This document shows positions 25,801-40,300 of a DNA stretch of 64,000 nt, piece by piece. How positions within the stretch are numbered: position 1 is the stretch's first letter; each line of letters starts with the position of its first letter. Made by a program: the position numbers and the translations under genes. The stretch is from positions 248,001-312,000 of the forward strand of contig JAYWIR010000062.1 in the NCBI GenBank assembly GCA_036172245.1, given 5' to 3'. The notes under the pieces were generated by a model. It saw only the letters and a program-made list of their open reading frames with translations. It did no database searches and was not told the origin of the DNA. Source of the stretch: Raillietiella orientalis. Lineage: Eukaryota.

Positions 25801-27943
25801 CGTGCCGGCAGCGTGTGGAAGACGGAGGATCCGATTCCTAAGATAACAAATGTGGGGTCCAGGAAGATCCTGGCATCGCGAATTAAATGACCGCGGGTTC
25901 CCGTAATTCGCGAACAAAGGAGGGGCGGGCGGCGGTTCCTGGGGAGAGCAAAAGGAAAAAAGGAATCAATGCGCGCGGCACCACTCCTGGGACTCGCCTC
26001 CATCATGGAACTGCTGGCGAGGGAGAGACAGGGTCGAACGCGTGCCCTGGCTGCGGGCGGGATAGGCAGCGGCACCCTCCGGTCGTCCCCGGCCTTCCCC
26101 AGCTCGGCACGGCGCGACCACGTAGGGCGAATTGGTAAAGCGATGAGGTATCGGGGGTCAGGAGGTGGTTTCCCAGTCCCTCGCTGTCCCTTCCCCTATC
26201 CGAAGGCGACGCCTGTGGACTCGCGAAACCTCCTGTCCCCGGGAAGTCGCCGAATCGGACATCCCATTGGCTCTGGCATCACCTGACGCCAACCCTGGTA
26301 ACCTCACCCACGCCGAAACTGCGATTCCGCGCCGCGGAGGCTTCCCGTGAGTCTCCCGAAGACCCGCCCCCATCCTTCGCGCTCGGGTTCCCCAGGCACG
26401 AGCACATCCTGCGTTCCCTCCCCCTCCCCGGAGGGTCTTCAGACCATGGGATCACACTTGAGCCTCCCGGAAAGGGAGACTGCCGGGGGGCGATCGATCT
26501 GCGACCAAACTGCAGCAGAATGGCCAGCGTGCGTGCTCCAGGGGGAGGAGGAGACGGGTCGCTGCTGGTCGTCCTCTCCGCCCAACGTGTCCCGAGGGCT
26601 CAGAATTGCCGGACGCCTCGGCAAGGAGGGACGATAGGGAGAGGAAGGGGGGGGGATAGAAGGAAGGAATGAGGTCCAAGAATAAGGGGAGGAGAGAGTC
26701 TTCGGCGCGGACGGGCAGGTTCTGGGGTCTGAGGGCGCTCCCCGAGGCGGAAGCGACGTGGTCACTATCGCGACTTCTTTTTCCCGAGGAGACGAACCAC
26801 CCCAGGGCACGGGCCAGCATCCTTCGCCCCACGAGGCATCCCATCCAGCTTCCCTCTTCCTCTTCGGACTCGGCTCGGAGACAGGGGAGAGGGGCGGGCG
26901 AGCCCCACTTCCGAAGAGTCGTGCCCCCCGACGCTCTCGCTCCCTGGGAAGAGCCGGGCTACGAAGGCCAACGCTGACGAGGAGCCAATGCGGCTCGGTC
27001 GGCGCGAAGGACAGCGCAGCCCTCGAGTGGGAGAGCGCTGTCCATCCCGCCGCTACCGGAGAGAACCGACACTTCCGGTAGGAGGAGCGCCGGCGTCCCA
27101 GAGTCCCCCCCCCCTGGGATGGCTCCGCAGAGCCAGCACTTGCCTCGTACTTGGAGCACATCAGCTGCACCTTGTCGCCATCATCTGGAAGGAGAGGAGG
27201 GCGCGGGTCAGTAGGTCCAGGAGAGGGGGTGGCGCGTTCGCCGCAGGAAACGCGGCAGAAGGCGGAGGTGTAGGGTTCCGGAGACCCCGTGGGAAGGCGG
27301 GGAGCCAAGTGCCACGTGTTCTCGCTTCTCTCTGGAGGGAAGGGGCGTCCTCGTGCGCCCAGGCTGGGTCCGGGGGGGGAGGGGGGATCCGGGTACGAAG
27401 GGGTTTGACCTACCACTCTCAGCTCCATCCCAACCCAATCCTCGCCGCTGCCTTGCCGCTTCCGGCCCGCGCGGAGCGAGCCGGAAGTGGTCAGCGCGGT
27501 AGGTCAAACCCCGCTGAAGGAGAGAGGCGAAGGGCGCAGCTTGGAGGTGGCGCGCCCAACTCGAGGGGAGCTGCGGCTGCCATGTACGGACGCCGCCGGT
27601 GTGCCCACGGCAGTCGCCTGACAGTGCGACAGTGCGCCTGACTCCCCTCTGATCGCTCTCCTCCTCGCCCTCCTCATCCGCCGTCCGCGGTGCTCTCTGG
27701 ACCGGAGGCTGGGACGGAAGCAAGGCGGGCACGCCCCTTCCACCGGAGTCCTCGGGGGAACTTCGGGAGAAGGGGGGTCAGCGCTACTCCGTAGGGCGCG
27801 AGCATCCCGGATCGACCGGTAGAAAGGGCGTGTAGCAAGAGGAGGGGGAAGGATAGCGCGGGAGGGAGCAGCGTCTGGCGCGCACCCGTGGCAACGACCC
27901 ATTCCCGGTCACCCCTTCCCCTCCCCATTCTCGACCCTCTCAC

Positions 27944-28058
27944 CGTATCTGAGGATCCACTCTCCGTCCTCGCAGATCCACCTCTTGGCGATGTCTTGTG
28001 GCTTCTGCAGCTTCCTCAGAGACCCCCGCAGGGAGCTCCTCAGCTTGTTGATGCTCAT
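27944..28058 (-). CDS. Candidate first coding exon (MSINKLRSSLRGSLRKLQKPQDIAKRWICEDGEWILRY), probably an SLC4A11-like isoform
   Basis: CAAC-ATG start context, 38 codons with strong GC3 bias and non-repetitive protein-like composition, and a TACG|GTGAGA phase-1 donor. Same strand as, and upstream of, the SLC4A11 exons. The assignment to that gene is inference. Confidence 0.5.
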
Positions 28059-31000
28059 GTTGCTCGGGCAACTCCTCTTGAAGAGACCACACGAGTCACT
28101 TCGGCCGAGATTTGCCGCGCCTGCGCACCGTGGCAGGTGGCAGAAGAGGCACGAAGGGGGTAGGGGAAGGAAGGAAAGCGCCGTTGTCCTCGGCAACGCG
28201 GCGCGCGCGCTGTCAGGAGCGCCAGGGACGAAGGCGAAGCGCGTGCACCGCCGCTGCCACCGCTTATCCCCCAACCACGCCCACTCCCTTGCGCTCTTGC
28301 ACGCGGTCACGGGGGGGCAGGAAGGAACTCCTTCCATCCTGCCTCCCCTGCCCCCCTCTCCTCCTCCTCAAAGGGGGACGGCACCTTCTCCGTGCGTAGA
28401 TGTCCTGCTAGCGTGCCCGGGCGCCGGAGGGGACGCAGGACGTCTTCGCAGGCGCCGGAAGGAGGCCCCCCTCCCTTTCTCCCGGTCTGCCCGGCAGGAA
28501 CCGGCAGCAAGCGCACCTACGCGGGCGACAGGGGCCCGAATTCAGCGATATGTACCTGGCCCGCCGATCAGATAGGGCCCGCCCCGCCCTCCCTCGCGCT
28601 TGCCGGTCACGTCTCATCGCCTCGATCGCCCCCTTCCGCTGTTTTTTATCTCCGCTGTTGGCCAACCCGGCACCCACCCGTGCGCACCCCGCCTGCGGGA
28701 GGGGCCACAATCAAAGGGCCCGGGACAGGTGCCGCTTGAGCGCAGGGGACCCGGTCCAGGTCCGGACGTGAAAAGACTCCCGTATCGCGCCAGGGGAGCA
28801 GCCTGCTCTCTAAAGGAAGGCTTGGTCGGAATCCGGGGAGGGTGAGCCGTGGGGACGCCCGCTCACGAAGCGACAGCCAAGAAACCCCTCGCTCGGTAGG
28901 CGGTCTCGGAGGGGCGTGCCTTCTCTCCAATTGGGGAAGGGGGGCAGCGAGGACCCGGGGAAAGGGACGCCCCCAAAGGCACGCCCGACCGCCCACCCCT
29001 GTCTCGCCTCCCGAAGGCCTAGGGAGGCTGACCCCCAGGAGAGGCTCTGCCCCCGTCGCGTTGGAGGAGAAGCGTCGGCCCTCCGCTTCAGAGGCCATAG
29101 GGGCATGACTCTCGGGACCCCTCCTCCCTCCTGCAGTTTTCCGCCGAGGGCACTCCCGGGTGGTGGAGAAGAGACGAAGGGTCCTCGGGGAAATTGGGGG
29201 AGGGAGGCGCGCGCACGTACCATGCACTCGTCCGCAGGATGCACGAGGAAGCTCCGCTGCCTGGCTCCCTCCAAGGACCTCTGACCACGCCTCGCGGGCC
29301 CTCCGGGGGAATCGCTGGTCATCTGTGGTGGCCCCTTCGAGAGGGAGCGCGCGACCTGGAAAAGGCCGGGAGAGAGAAGTTCGAGGAGAAGGCGAAGGGG
29401 AGGAGGGTCCCGCCGCCGGTAGCCTTCGGCGGGAGGGACGAACCAGGGGGGCCCTCCCTGCTCAGCGGATGCCCGATAGTGGGGGGTGATTCGGGAGGAG
29501 GGAACCAGGCTACATCCCTGCGACCCCCCCTCCCTCCCTTCTTCTCTCCTTCCTTCCCCGCTCCTCCGGATGGCCGAGAGACGCAGTCTCCATGGTAGCC
29601 CCCATTCTCGCCCGATCGGAACACATGAGCGGGGGTGCTTTCCCTTTTTCCCCCGAGGGGTGGGGGGGCTCTCCGCGAGCGAACATTTGTCCCATCAGAG
29701 CCTACCCGAGGGTGAAGACGCCAGGCAGAGCAGTAGGACACCTTGAGACGGGGGCGGGGAACCGCAGACGCCCTGGAGCGCGAAGCCACTTCCGGAGAGG
29801 ACGGCAGAGGCAGGAGGAGAAGGAGGAGGAGTGGAGGTCTCTGCCGTGACTTCGATCGGCGGAAGGCAGGGTCAGGAAAGAGGACACCGCCGCTACCACG
29901 CCCATGAGGTCGAGGTCACGCAGCGCTGATACCGACCCGCGCCGGCGGGTCACCGCCTCGACCACTGCAAGCGACCTGACCTCTCATCCCCGGGCTCTCG
30001 TCCTTCACCGGAATCTCCATCGGCTGGCTCTCCCTTCTGCCACACGGCGACCTCTTCCTTCCGAAGACCTTTTCCCGTTCCGCGCTCGTGCCCCCTTCGC
30101 CCCGGGCACGCAAGACAGGCGCGGTAGAGGGAGTGAGGGAGGAGAATAGGCGCCGCCGGCGACCATGGCGCGGGGATCCGGCGGAGAGCCGCTGCCCAGG
30201 GGGAGGGGGCACATCTGGAAGGTCAGAAATCGTCGAGGGAGAACGGGACGAGGGGATCCCTCCAGGGGAAGTCAATGGGACTCGCACCCAGGAACGGTGA
30301 AGGAGACGACCGCTCCGGGAAGGAGGAAGAGGCAAGCATTCCGAGACCGGCGGCTCGTTGGCGATGGGACAGGGAAAAAATGAGAAGAAGGGATGAGACG
30401 ACCCCTCTCCCTTCGCTCCCCACGGGGCAGGACTTTCGGATGCCGTATGAACGCCGCCGGGAACGACCGGGCACGGGGTGGTGAGGGAGGGGGGAGGGCT
30501 GCGGGAAGAAAGGCGTCTCCCGGCGACAATCGCCCGGTTGCCACGGTTTTCTTCCTTCCTTTCCTTTCCTCCTCCCTCTTCCCGTCCGGGAGCAAGCCGA
30601 AGGGATGCCAGGGACCTCCTCATCGGAGAGGGGATCGAGGCGAAGATAAGGGGGGGGGAGGCGTAATATCCGCGCTCCAGAGACTTCGATCTCTGTCAAG
30701 GCATCGCTCAGGTGCTCTCCCCGCCTGGAGAGCGTGGGAGGGGGAGGTGGGAGAGGAAACGGTCCCGACCACCAGTTGGCTTCCCTGGCCGCGAAGTGGA
30801 GGCCGAGAGGAAGGAAGTGCACAGCAGCTCCCCGTCGCCGTTCATGAAGTTGCCATGGCGAAGCGAGCGAAGAAACATACGAAGGCGAGGGACAGGTATA
30901 CCGCCCTCGGACCCCGTAAGGATAGCGACGCCCCGAACGCAGACGCACCTCTCGCGACTCCTTTCCGGCTGGGGAGCCCGTTCCGAGGAGCAGGGGACTT

Positions 31001-33199
31001 CCCGGTAACGATGCTGCATAGGGTCGATGACCGGCTCTGGGAGGAGGAGGAGGGGGATATCTTCCCCAAGAGATGCTGTGGAGCCTGGACGAGTCGGCGG
31101 TGGTCTCCTGATCCTGATCCTGATCCCGCCCCTCCCTTGTGTCCCTCTCTCCTGGAGCAGCGCGCCCGAGGCCCCGCCGTCGAGGACACGAAGGTCGATG
31201 TGGGGAGGAACGGCGAGGAGCTCCGGAACCGAGTGGGAGGTAGCAGAGTTGTCAGCTCCCGCGGGCTGAGGCAAGCAGGAGGAGGAGAAGAAGAAGAAGG
31301 GAGCAGCCGCAGCGCACTAACGGCGCCTTTCCTTCTCTTCCTGGGTCAGAGACCCCGGATCTGGCGGCCGATTCCGTCTCTTACGCTGTCGACACCGTCC
31401 CGTCCGCGAAGGGCAGCCCCACCCTCTACCGGGACGTCACGCGCGCAGGTCGTCGGCTGGAGCGGGAGGGAAAGAAAGGAGCAGCGCCGGGTCCTCGAGC
31501 TGGACCGACTAACCGGGGGATGGGTCGGCAAGAGAGAGAGAGGGGGGGGGGGAGAGGAAGACGCGGTCTCGTTGCAGACAAGAGCCCTCGCTGCGAATTT
31601 CCTCCTCACCTGATCATCTGGGAAGAGGTGGAGGCTCTTGTGAAGGAAGGGCGGCTCCAGGTGGGAGGGAAAGCGCGAGACCACGTGAACAGGGAAGGGA
31701 TCGAACCCTCGGATGCTTCCCTCCCTTCGATTCCAGCGTCACGAGAGACGTGCTTTGGAGCTGCCGATAAACGGCACCGGGCGGTGGCTCTCAGAGCATC
31801 GGCTGACGCGTGGAGGGGAGGAGCAGCCGAGGAAAGGGACAGCGCCTCCCGAATTCCGCCGCGATCGGGAGTGACAAGGGGTCTTCCGAGAGGGAGAAGA
31901 CGAAAAGATGAAAAAACATCCCTCCTGGACCTGACGTAGTCCCACCGCATCGGGGTTTCCTTGGAAACCGCTACCGCCCGATGCTACGACCCCCCCAAGA
32001 AACGAAGCACGCGGTAACCGTTGCGATCCCTTTCGTAGGAGCATGAAGGGCCTCAAGAGTTTCTTTCCGGGTCGCTGGGCCACGGATCCGCCCTTCCGCT
32101 GGACAAGCGTGAGGAGCCATCCAGAAGAGGAAGCGTCATTTCACTCCGTAAGCGCGCTGGCGCCGTCTCTCGGGCACCGTCGACCCTCCTCCCCCTCCTC
32201 CCTGCACAGCGTTCGTTGGCTGCGGTTGCGCCGTTGCTGGGCAGCCGATCCTCAAGCCATCCCAGATCCAATAGCTGCGGATACTGCTACTACCTCAAGA
32301 GGCGTCGGGCCACTCGTCCGCGCGCCAAATGTCGTCATCTGCAAGCTCTGCCCCCCCCCCCCTTCCTTCCAAGGCAGATCCGACTCTGCAGTCTCTCCCG
32401 GGAGCGCTCCGGATGCTGGGTCTCCTCGACAACGGCTCTGTTGTTTGGCTAACAGCGCGCTCTGAGTCTCTTCCCCCCAGACAGCTTCCGACCCAGACGA
32501 CTGAGCGCTCCCGGCGTGCTCCCTGCGGAGATACGTAAGCAAGGGAGCAGCGGGAGGATGCAGCGGCGGCCACTGCCGACAGTCCACGCATCTCGAGGAG
32601 TTGCATCGGAGCAGAGGCTGTGTGGGAACTCCTGAGTGACCGCGGACGGAGGGGAATTCTCTTTCCCTGGAGGAAGCACACCGGGATCGAACAGGATGCG
32701 TTGGCATCCCAGTTGCCCAGCTAGCGGCGATGCCTCAGACCCCATCGGATCATCGGAAGTGGAGGGAGAGCTGGGAGGCTGTTAGAGTCCTGTCCCTCTG
32801 GATCACGGGAAGACGAGAACAAGCAACCTCTGGCGCTCCCTGGCTGAACGCCAGCAACGAACGGCAGGCAGCGTTCCTGGGGAGCGGCGCAGGCGCACCG
32901 ACCACGCGGGTTCTTCCTCTAAGCTTAGAAGGGAGAGAGCCGTGCAAAGATCTCCCAGGGTCGCTTGTCTTTAGGGAGGCCGGTCGCTCTGCATAGAGTC
33001 ACGTCGCCCCGGGAGCGCCAAGTCAAGAGTAAGCAACCAGGTTCGCGGCATGCTGGACAGAAACCCTCCCAGGAGAGTGACCGAGGGAAGAGCGGCAAAA
33101 AGGCTGTCAAGGACTTCCGCCGTCCGCTCTCGCTTGCTGCCGGAAAAGGCGCTGAACCCTGCCGCCCTCTACCACCGCCATGGACTCTGTTGATGAGTA

Positions 33200-34300
33200 C
33201 CTCCAGAATTCCCAATTGTATGGCTGCTACTTAGCGGAAAGCGGGAGCGAGGGGGATAGAGGGTCGTCCAGAACGAATGGGCAGGAGCTCACAGAGCAAT
33301 CCACGAGGGAAGCGGTCAAGGCTGCCGACCTATCCTGCCAGCGAGGAGTCGAGGGTGGAGTCACATCCACCAGGATGAATCGGAGCAGAGAAGGGTAGAT
33401 TGCCGGTCAGGCACGCTCCTCGAGCGCTGTCCAATGAGGTGGCAGGCAGCGTCGACTCTGCTCGCCTCGCTTCGGGGGCAGCCTGCCCCCGCTCGAAGAC
33501 GCCACCTGTAGGGACTGCCGTTGCTGCTGCCGTCCCCCGCTTGTCGCGGTGGTTGAGAGGAGGGGTAAGAGGGAGAGGGGATACAAGGAAAGGCCACCTC
33601 CATCTCGGAGGATACCCACGGGGAACACTTGCGCATCCCGTAACGGGTCCATTGTGTCTTCACTCCGTGTAGGACGCGACACTGACTGTCCCCGTGGATA
33701 CGAACAGAGTTTGAGACTGCATTCCGAAGGGGATTAAAGAGGTGTTGTAGGCACTGCTCCCTTCTGGTGGGACTCGCGGCCAGACAAGGGATCGCTGTTC
33801 AGGTAAGAGCCTCCTGGAAGTGTGCAATGTCAGTGATCCACGGAAGGCCCTTCCTGGAGGCCTTAAATAAACACGGAGGGCAGAAAGGATGCACGGCACC
33901 CTTTTCTCCAGGCATCTTTCTGTGATGGAGGTCTCGATGCTGCGCATAGGTTTGTTTATTTTATTTCCCTTCGGCACGGCGTCTCCAGGGAAAGGACGAG
34001 GGTCCCTGCGCCTCTCGAGGAATTAGCAATGCGGTGACCTGAATTCCATTCGCTCGCAACTTTCCCAGGGTACGCATCCCAGGAGACCATCGAAGGGAAT
34101 TTTCTGGTAAGAGACGCAGAGCGTGGAACCCCTTCTCGATTTCCCTGGGCCTGCGCATTCCTGTTGGAACTCAAGCTCTCCTCCCTTCGCCTCTTCAGGA
34201 CCCGAAGCGAGCGGTTTTCTGGACCTCGACCTGTTTTTTTTTACCCACCGCCGTAGGGTGACTGCCTGCTTGGTGGAGCTCCGCACCTTCAGCAGGGAAG
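33200..34300 (-). mobile_element. Possible decayed APE endonuclease region of a non-LTR retrotransposon
   Basis: Echoes of EN motifs: VYLRPP, and GGSYLNSDPLSGRESHQKG (compare GDFNAxHPLWG..d.rG), across frameshifts and stops. Confidence 0.28.
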
Positions 34301-37300
34301 AGCACCGTCCTCTGCACCCGATGAGCGGAGGCATCCTTAGAGCCTTCCTGAACAAGCCGTCCGACCCTCCGGAACGCTCCCGAACTTCGCTCCTCTCCCG
34401 CCTGTTCCTTTTTCCCCCTTTGGCAGGCGTTCGCGCCTGCCCTCTTTCCCGACGATCAAGTCCGCTCGGATGCTGCTCCTTCCCTCTTCCAGGGTGAATA
34501 TACCGACGCCGGTTTCAAATCTCCCAGTCTCCGCCACTCCGCTTCGTTCCACTCGGCTCCTCTTCCTCCGCGATGTTGCCTCTTGAGGATCAACACGATG
34601 TCATCCTGTCCATCCGGCTCGATCACTTGACCGTTCTCTCCAGCGCCGGTACGGGGGGAGAAAGGTTGTCAAGGCGCACTTTCGAAACTCCGCATGTCAG
34701 GTGGGCAGGTGGGTCTCACGGGCTGTGGACCAAGAGGCAGCCTCTGCCTAGAACTGCGCTTCTCAGAAACCGCCCGTTGGGATGAAGCTGTTGCTTTCGA
34801 CAGAGCTCCCGATGTCTTTCGAGGGCGTGCCTTGGAGAGCAGCCTTATGGAGACGTCGGTCGACAGGGATCTATTTGCTTCTGGCTCATTACCTAGCTCT
34901 TCCGGGGAGTTCATACAACCGCATGGATCAGGGATCGCCAGGGAGTTTGGAAGATAGAGAAAAGAAAAGGGGGAAGAGGGATTTTTTGATTTTTTGCCGA
35001 GTTGCCAAAAAAAAAAGAAAAGAAAAGCAAAGAAAAGACCCTCCAAAACAGAGCTTTTCGCGAGGTCGCCGGACCTACGAGATAAAGAGAAGCTCCTCGT
35101 GCCATCCGGGACCCAGGGATGCGTTGCTTTCCGGCTTCTGCCACAGAACCTTCGACGAAAGCAGCAGCGTCGGAGGAGCACTCAACTCGTGTGGAAGAGA
35201 ATCAGACCATCGCTGATTGCATCGAATCACCCCCATCCTCAGCAGCAGCCTCAGCTCGCGGGGAGTTTTCGACCGTCGGAGGCAGCGACGAAAGAGCTCG
35301 ACGGCACCGGGAGGTGCTCCCGAAAGCCTCAAGGAAGATACGAAACCCGTTGGAAAGAGTGTCCGCAAACGGGCGCGCCTACTGAGCTTCCCAGTCGCAA
35401 ATCGAAGGGGAAGAAGAAGTGTTACAGAATAGCAGGAGCAGCTCGGGGAAGTAAGAACGACTCAGAAACGGGCAAAGGAAAATGACGGCGAAAAATTGCT
35501 GACTTTATGCATCCCTATTGTGTTCGATAATACTCTGTTTTTTTATAATTCTGGAAAGGTGGCTGAGCGGTTCCCAAAGCTCGGAAAGCGTGCACATGCG
35601 AAGACGTGTCGGGGGATGCTGTTGTTCATGTTGACAGGGGACACACTGTTACTGGCCAAAAAATGGTGTGCAGGACGGGAAGGATGAAAGCGGCGACCTT
35701 CACAAGGCGAAAAAGCATGGCTCTCATGAGCTTACTGAGCTTAACTACCGGAATTGTGTTCCACCAAAGAAGAAGGTACATTCACTGACGGTCTGCGTAA
35801 AAAAGGAAACCGGAACTGTGTCTCTTCTGCGGAGCTCCCGGAAACCCAAGGATAGATCATCTGCATGCGGCAAGTAAGGTGGCACCCTGATTCCCAGCCG
35901 GGAAAGTTCCAAGGTCCCTATCGGCGCCGATTGGGATTCAGAAAGCATTTCGGCTGGAAAGGGCAGATCGTTGGTATTCCAGCGGCTGCGACGCGGACGG
36001 ATACGCCAACCTTATGAATGGACTGAGCTGCTATTTCCCAACTTTCAAGCAGGAGCAGAACTTTTGAACTTTTTATTTATTTGTTTTTTTTTTTATTTTT
36101 ATGACGACGACGATGATGATGATTTTTCTTAGACCTCCTCCAAAGGAGCACGAGATACGAGGATCGTCGCTTTTTCCTTTTCAGAGTGCATCACATGGAG
36201 AAACATTCCGCATAATCGTACGCCTTTGTGCCTCACAATGTACAAAGACGATTGATATCGCAGACGATAGCGCGGAGTTGTTAATGGCCGTCCACCACTC
36301 GCAAAAGGAAAAAGGAACAAAAAAGAAAAAATGGCACACACTATGAGACCCACTTCTCGCAATGCAGTCGAAACGAACCATTAATCAAACAACTTGCTGT
36401 CCCGAACAAAAGCTCCACGTGTAAAAAAAAAAAAAAAAAAGGAAAAGAAAAAAAAGAGGGAAACGACGAAAGAGAGAGAGAGAGAAAAAAAAAACATGCA
36501 AATCCTCACAGAGTCCCTGATCCAGTTATTAGTCACGTTATGTACGTCTCCATCTATTCGTCCCCCTCTGTTTGTTTGCCCTTCATCAAATGAGGCAGTG
36601 ATGTTATTGAAAATCAAGAAGTATGCGATGGACCGAGCGCCGGATCTGTTTCCGGTCACCACGGCGACGGCTACGTGCCGACCCGCTGCGAGAGATGAGA
36701 CGGCCGAAGCGGGCCCGGCGTGGTCACCGATGAACCGGAAGAAGGAACCGCATTGCGGGATGGTTACATAAGACACTGTTCGGGGAAGCTGCGCACACTA
36801 CATACGGAACCGTGCAGTGCAAGAAGGGGGGCGACGGGGAGACAGCAGGCCGTGCGGAGCGCCCGAAACGTTGCTGACGTTCTCGAGGGAAGTGTCGTCA
36901 TGGTGCGAGCTCGCGTGGAAACGGGAACCGGTGCAGCAGCAGCCGGGACGTTTGATCGTCCCGGAGGATAACTCCCGGTGCTTTTCGCTGGACCTGGCCG
37001 GCGGGCGACCGGAAAAGGGAATCTCCATCTCTAGGTAGGCCCAGCGCGAAGGTCGTCATGCGAACTTGTTGCCAACGATGCGTAGGGGATAACGGAATCC
37101 CTCCCACGGCTCTCCCGTGCCGGAGCTGCGGATTTTTCTTCTTCTTCTTCTTCCTCTTCCCTCCCCCCGCCCCCCTGTGTTTCGAAGGAGGGGAAAGGGG
37201 GGGGGGGGGAAGAAGAAAAGAGAAGAAAAGGAAGGAAGGAGGGAAGGAAGCAAACAAAGAAAGAGAGGAATGCAAAAAGCTGGAAAGCTGTCAGCTAAGC

Positions 37301-40300
37301 AGCTGACGTTTTCTGGACAACATTCAGGTGCGATCCGGGGAGAAAACACGATACCATCACACGCTCAAAGCCCCATGGTGCCGAGGGGAAAAAAAGCGGA
37401 AAGAAAGGAGAAAACCTCCCCTCCTCGCTCATCCTCCACTCTCCGTCCCGTTTGCGTCGCCAATGAACGGGGTTCAGCATCAAAGGGCGCACACGTAGTC
37501 TCGAACGCCCCCCCCCCCTCCCCCCTTTTCCCTCCCTCCCTCCCTTCCTCATCATTCCGACTCAATCGGCGCCGGGGGACATCGAGCAAATACCCAGGCA
37601 TTTGGCAGGATTCGGAGCAGCTTCGGAGATTACCGTTGATAACAGCATCTGCCTTCCTGCATCGCCGTTGCACTCCTTACATCACTCGAGGCAAGGAGAA
37701 GGATCTGCCCAGCCCCGTCTCCCCCCTACCTCTCCCCATTTCCCTCGGACATTGCGGGCGCCGCGCGCTCGCGAACGGGGTGGGGGCCGGCGGGGTTGCT
37801 GCTGCAGGAGGGATGCAGGGGGTCGCGTGGGGGTGACTGGCTGGGACCGCCCCGATGCAGCGTTAGTCACGAAGAACCGCACTTACCACATGATTCTCGG
37901 CCACAGAACTTGGCAACCAATCAGGGAACCGTTGCCTCGCAACTACGGCCGAGCGCAGCCTCTCGACGGGGAAGAGCCCGCGAGAGGCGTTTTATTTTTG
38001 AATGGTTGTTTATAGGCTCACGCCGCGTTCCTATTGGGGCCTCGGGAGACGCACCCGAGGGAAGTCGCTACTCCGCATCCAAGGGGAGATCCCCAACCAC
38101 CAGCGACCCCCCCCCCCCCCACCTCTCCCGTCTCCCTCCCTTAGCTCCCTTTTCCTGCATTTTCCTTTTGCTACTGGAATGCTGAGCGATCGATCGTAGT
38201 CATGCCAACGGACGGAAGCTGATCGGTCTCTGGTAGATCCCGCCGTCGAAAAGGCCGCCTCATCCCCCCCCCCTTCCTCCCTCCCCCTCCACTCCCTCCT
38301 TCCTTCCTTCCCCGACTTCGGGAGGATCGCGTCGGGCGGTCGAAGGCGCCGGAATAAGATCTCCGGCGCATGCGCGCGACGACGCGCGGCGCGCCGCCGC
38401 CGCCGCCGCCGCCGGTGAGCGCGGCCTTCAGCAGCGCCTCCGCGAAACGGCGTCGACAGTGATCAGAGGCGACTTCCTTCCCCTCTCCCCCCCTCAATCC
38501 CAGTTCGCCGAGACGGCTCCGAGGGAGGTGGGCGTCGCCAGCTTGCGCAAAGGAAGAACCCCTCCCCCCCTTCGTTCCCTCCTGGCCCTGTGGAACTCGC
38601 ACTCTTCTCTCGGGGGCAACGGGGAAGCTATTGCTCATGCTGCTGCCTTTCCCCCCTCCCGTCCGTCCTCCGTCGGCCGTCGGAATCGCCTCCCTGCCCC
38701 GGCCTCTGCTGCTGCCATAACAACCTGTGCTGCCGCCGCCGCTCTCGCTCTTTGGGTTTCGCGAGCGGGCGGCAGCCCCATCTGGCGCGCACGGTAGTCA
38801 CGCATTGCTTACCAAAGAAACCGAGGTGGGCGGGCGGGGAAGGGGGGGAAGGGGTAGGAGGAGAGAGGAAGGAAACTGGGAAGAGGCGCGAGAGGCGGCA
38901 CGAAGTGGGGAAGGGGGAGAAATGGAGGAAGCATCGAGGTCTTGAGAGGGGCAGACCCCGGACCTGAGACTGGCGACGACGAACGGTCCTGAGAAACAGC
39001 TGCTGTCGCTGGTGGAGGTGGCGAAGCTCCATGGCGATCCTCTTCCTCCTGGGGTGGTTTCGAGCCCCAGAGAGCTTTCCCTTCCGTCGACAGGGGAGGC
39101 GCTCGAACGGGCGGATGACCGATGACCTCCGGGATGGTATCGTGGAACTCGACGCCCTCGACGCGGCCAGTGGAAGGAAGGAGGAAACGGGGGCGGAGAG
39201 ACCCATTCCTTGGCGGAACGGCGGGCCGCAGAGGGGTGGCTCTCTGCTGCTTACCCACGCCTCGTGCGGTGCTCCGGAGGCTCAGAAAGAGTCTGCCCTG
39301 AGGGGTCGGCCTCGGTCGAATCACGTTCGGTAAGAGAGCGGGGCAGACTGCGGCCCCTACCGGGTTTGGCTCGGGAACAGTGCGGGTGGCGCCGCGCTGC
39401 CTCCTTGGCAGGGAAGGACGGACGCTCCTCCTGGAGACGCGTGCGAGGTTCCCCCCCGCGCGCCTCTCCTGGGAGGGTGAGGAGTCTTCCCACACACCAC
39501 CCCCGCGGACCTACCGGCGCGGCGGCAACCGAAAAGACCCAAAGCAGCGCAGGGGAGGGCGAGGAGAAAAGCCTCGGGCGAATCCAGGGGAGGTCACTGA
39601 GGCCCCAGGCCCCCTCGCGCAGAAGAGGCTCCTGGTTCGCACCCGGAGCCGCCGGCGCGCTGCGCTCCTGCGGAAGAGGGGGAGGTGCAGGAACCTCTCT
39701 GCCTCTTCCAGTCGCCCTCCTCCCTCAGCCTAGCAACGGGGGAAGATACGGGGTCGCCTCCCGTGGAGGTGCCCCCCTCCGGACCTTGCGAGAGGCTGAC
39801 GCAGGGGAGGAAGTCGCATCCACTCGCGGACACCGTTCCCCCCCCCCCCCGCCCCTCCTTCAGTGAGGGTGAGTTCTCGGGATCCCTACTGAGTGCCAGG
39901 AGGGAGGGAGGGGACCCCCGTTCCGCCGGCCTGCAGGATGAAGGGGGAGGCGCCTCGCTCGAGGCGTCGCCATGGCGACGGGAGCGTCTCCTGGCGCCTG
40001 GGAGCCACTCTGCATCGGAGAAGGGCGAGAGGCAGGGGCGTGGGGTGCAGATTGAAGGGAGGCTTCCTACGGGCAGCCCTTCCCCAGGGACTGCCAGGCA
40101 GACGGGGAGGTAGGAGAAGGGGAAGACCTGCTGGGTCGTTCCCGAAAGCCTCTCGAGGCTTCCTCTTCGAGAGCTTTTCCGGTCCGTCCCCGAGGCCCCA
40201 GTCCGGCAGCCATTCCCCTCCTGGCGGATCGGGGACCGGCCGGCTCTCCCGCCCCCTCCTTTCCTTGAGGAAAGGCGCTCGCGTTACCCCTTCTAGGAGC

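Noticed and set aside
35674..35873. Possible + strand exon (TGCAG|GACGGG...GGCAA|GTAAG; DGKDESGDLHKAKK...)
   Set aside because: No polypyrimidine tract, no recognisable homology and no partner exons found.
38171..39333. ATG-initiated ORFs and GTAAG donors around 38.2-39.3 kb
   Set aside because: They could be further leader exons, but no coherent ATG-to-donor exon with protein-like sequence or matching phase could be supported.
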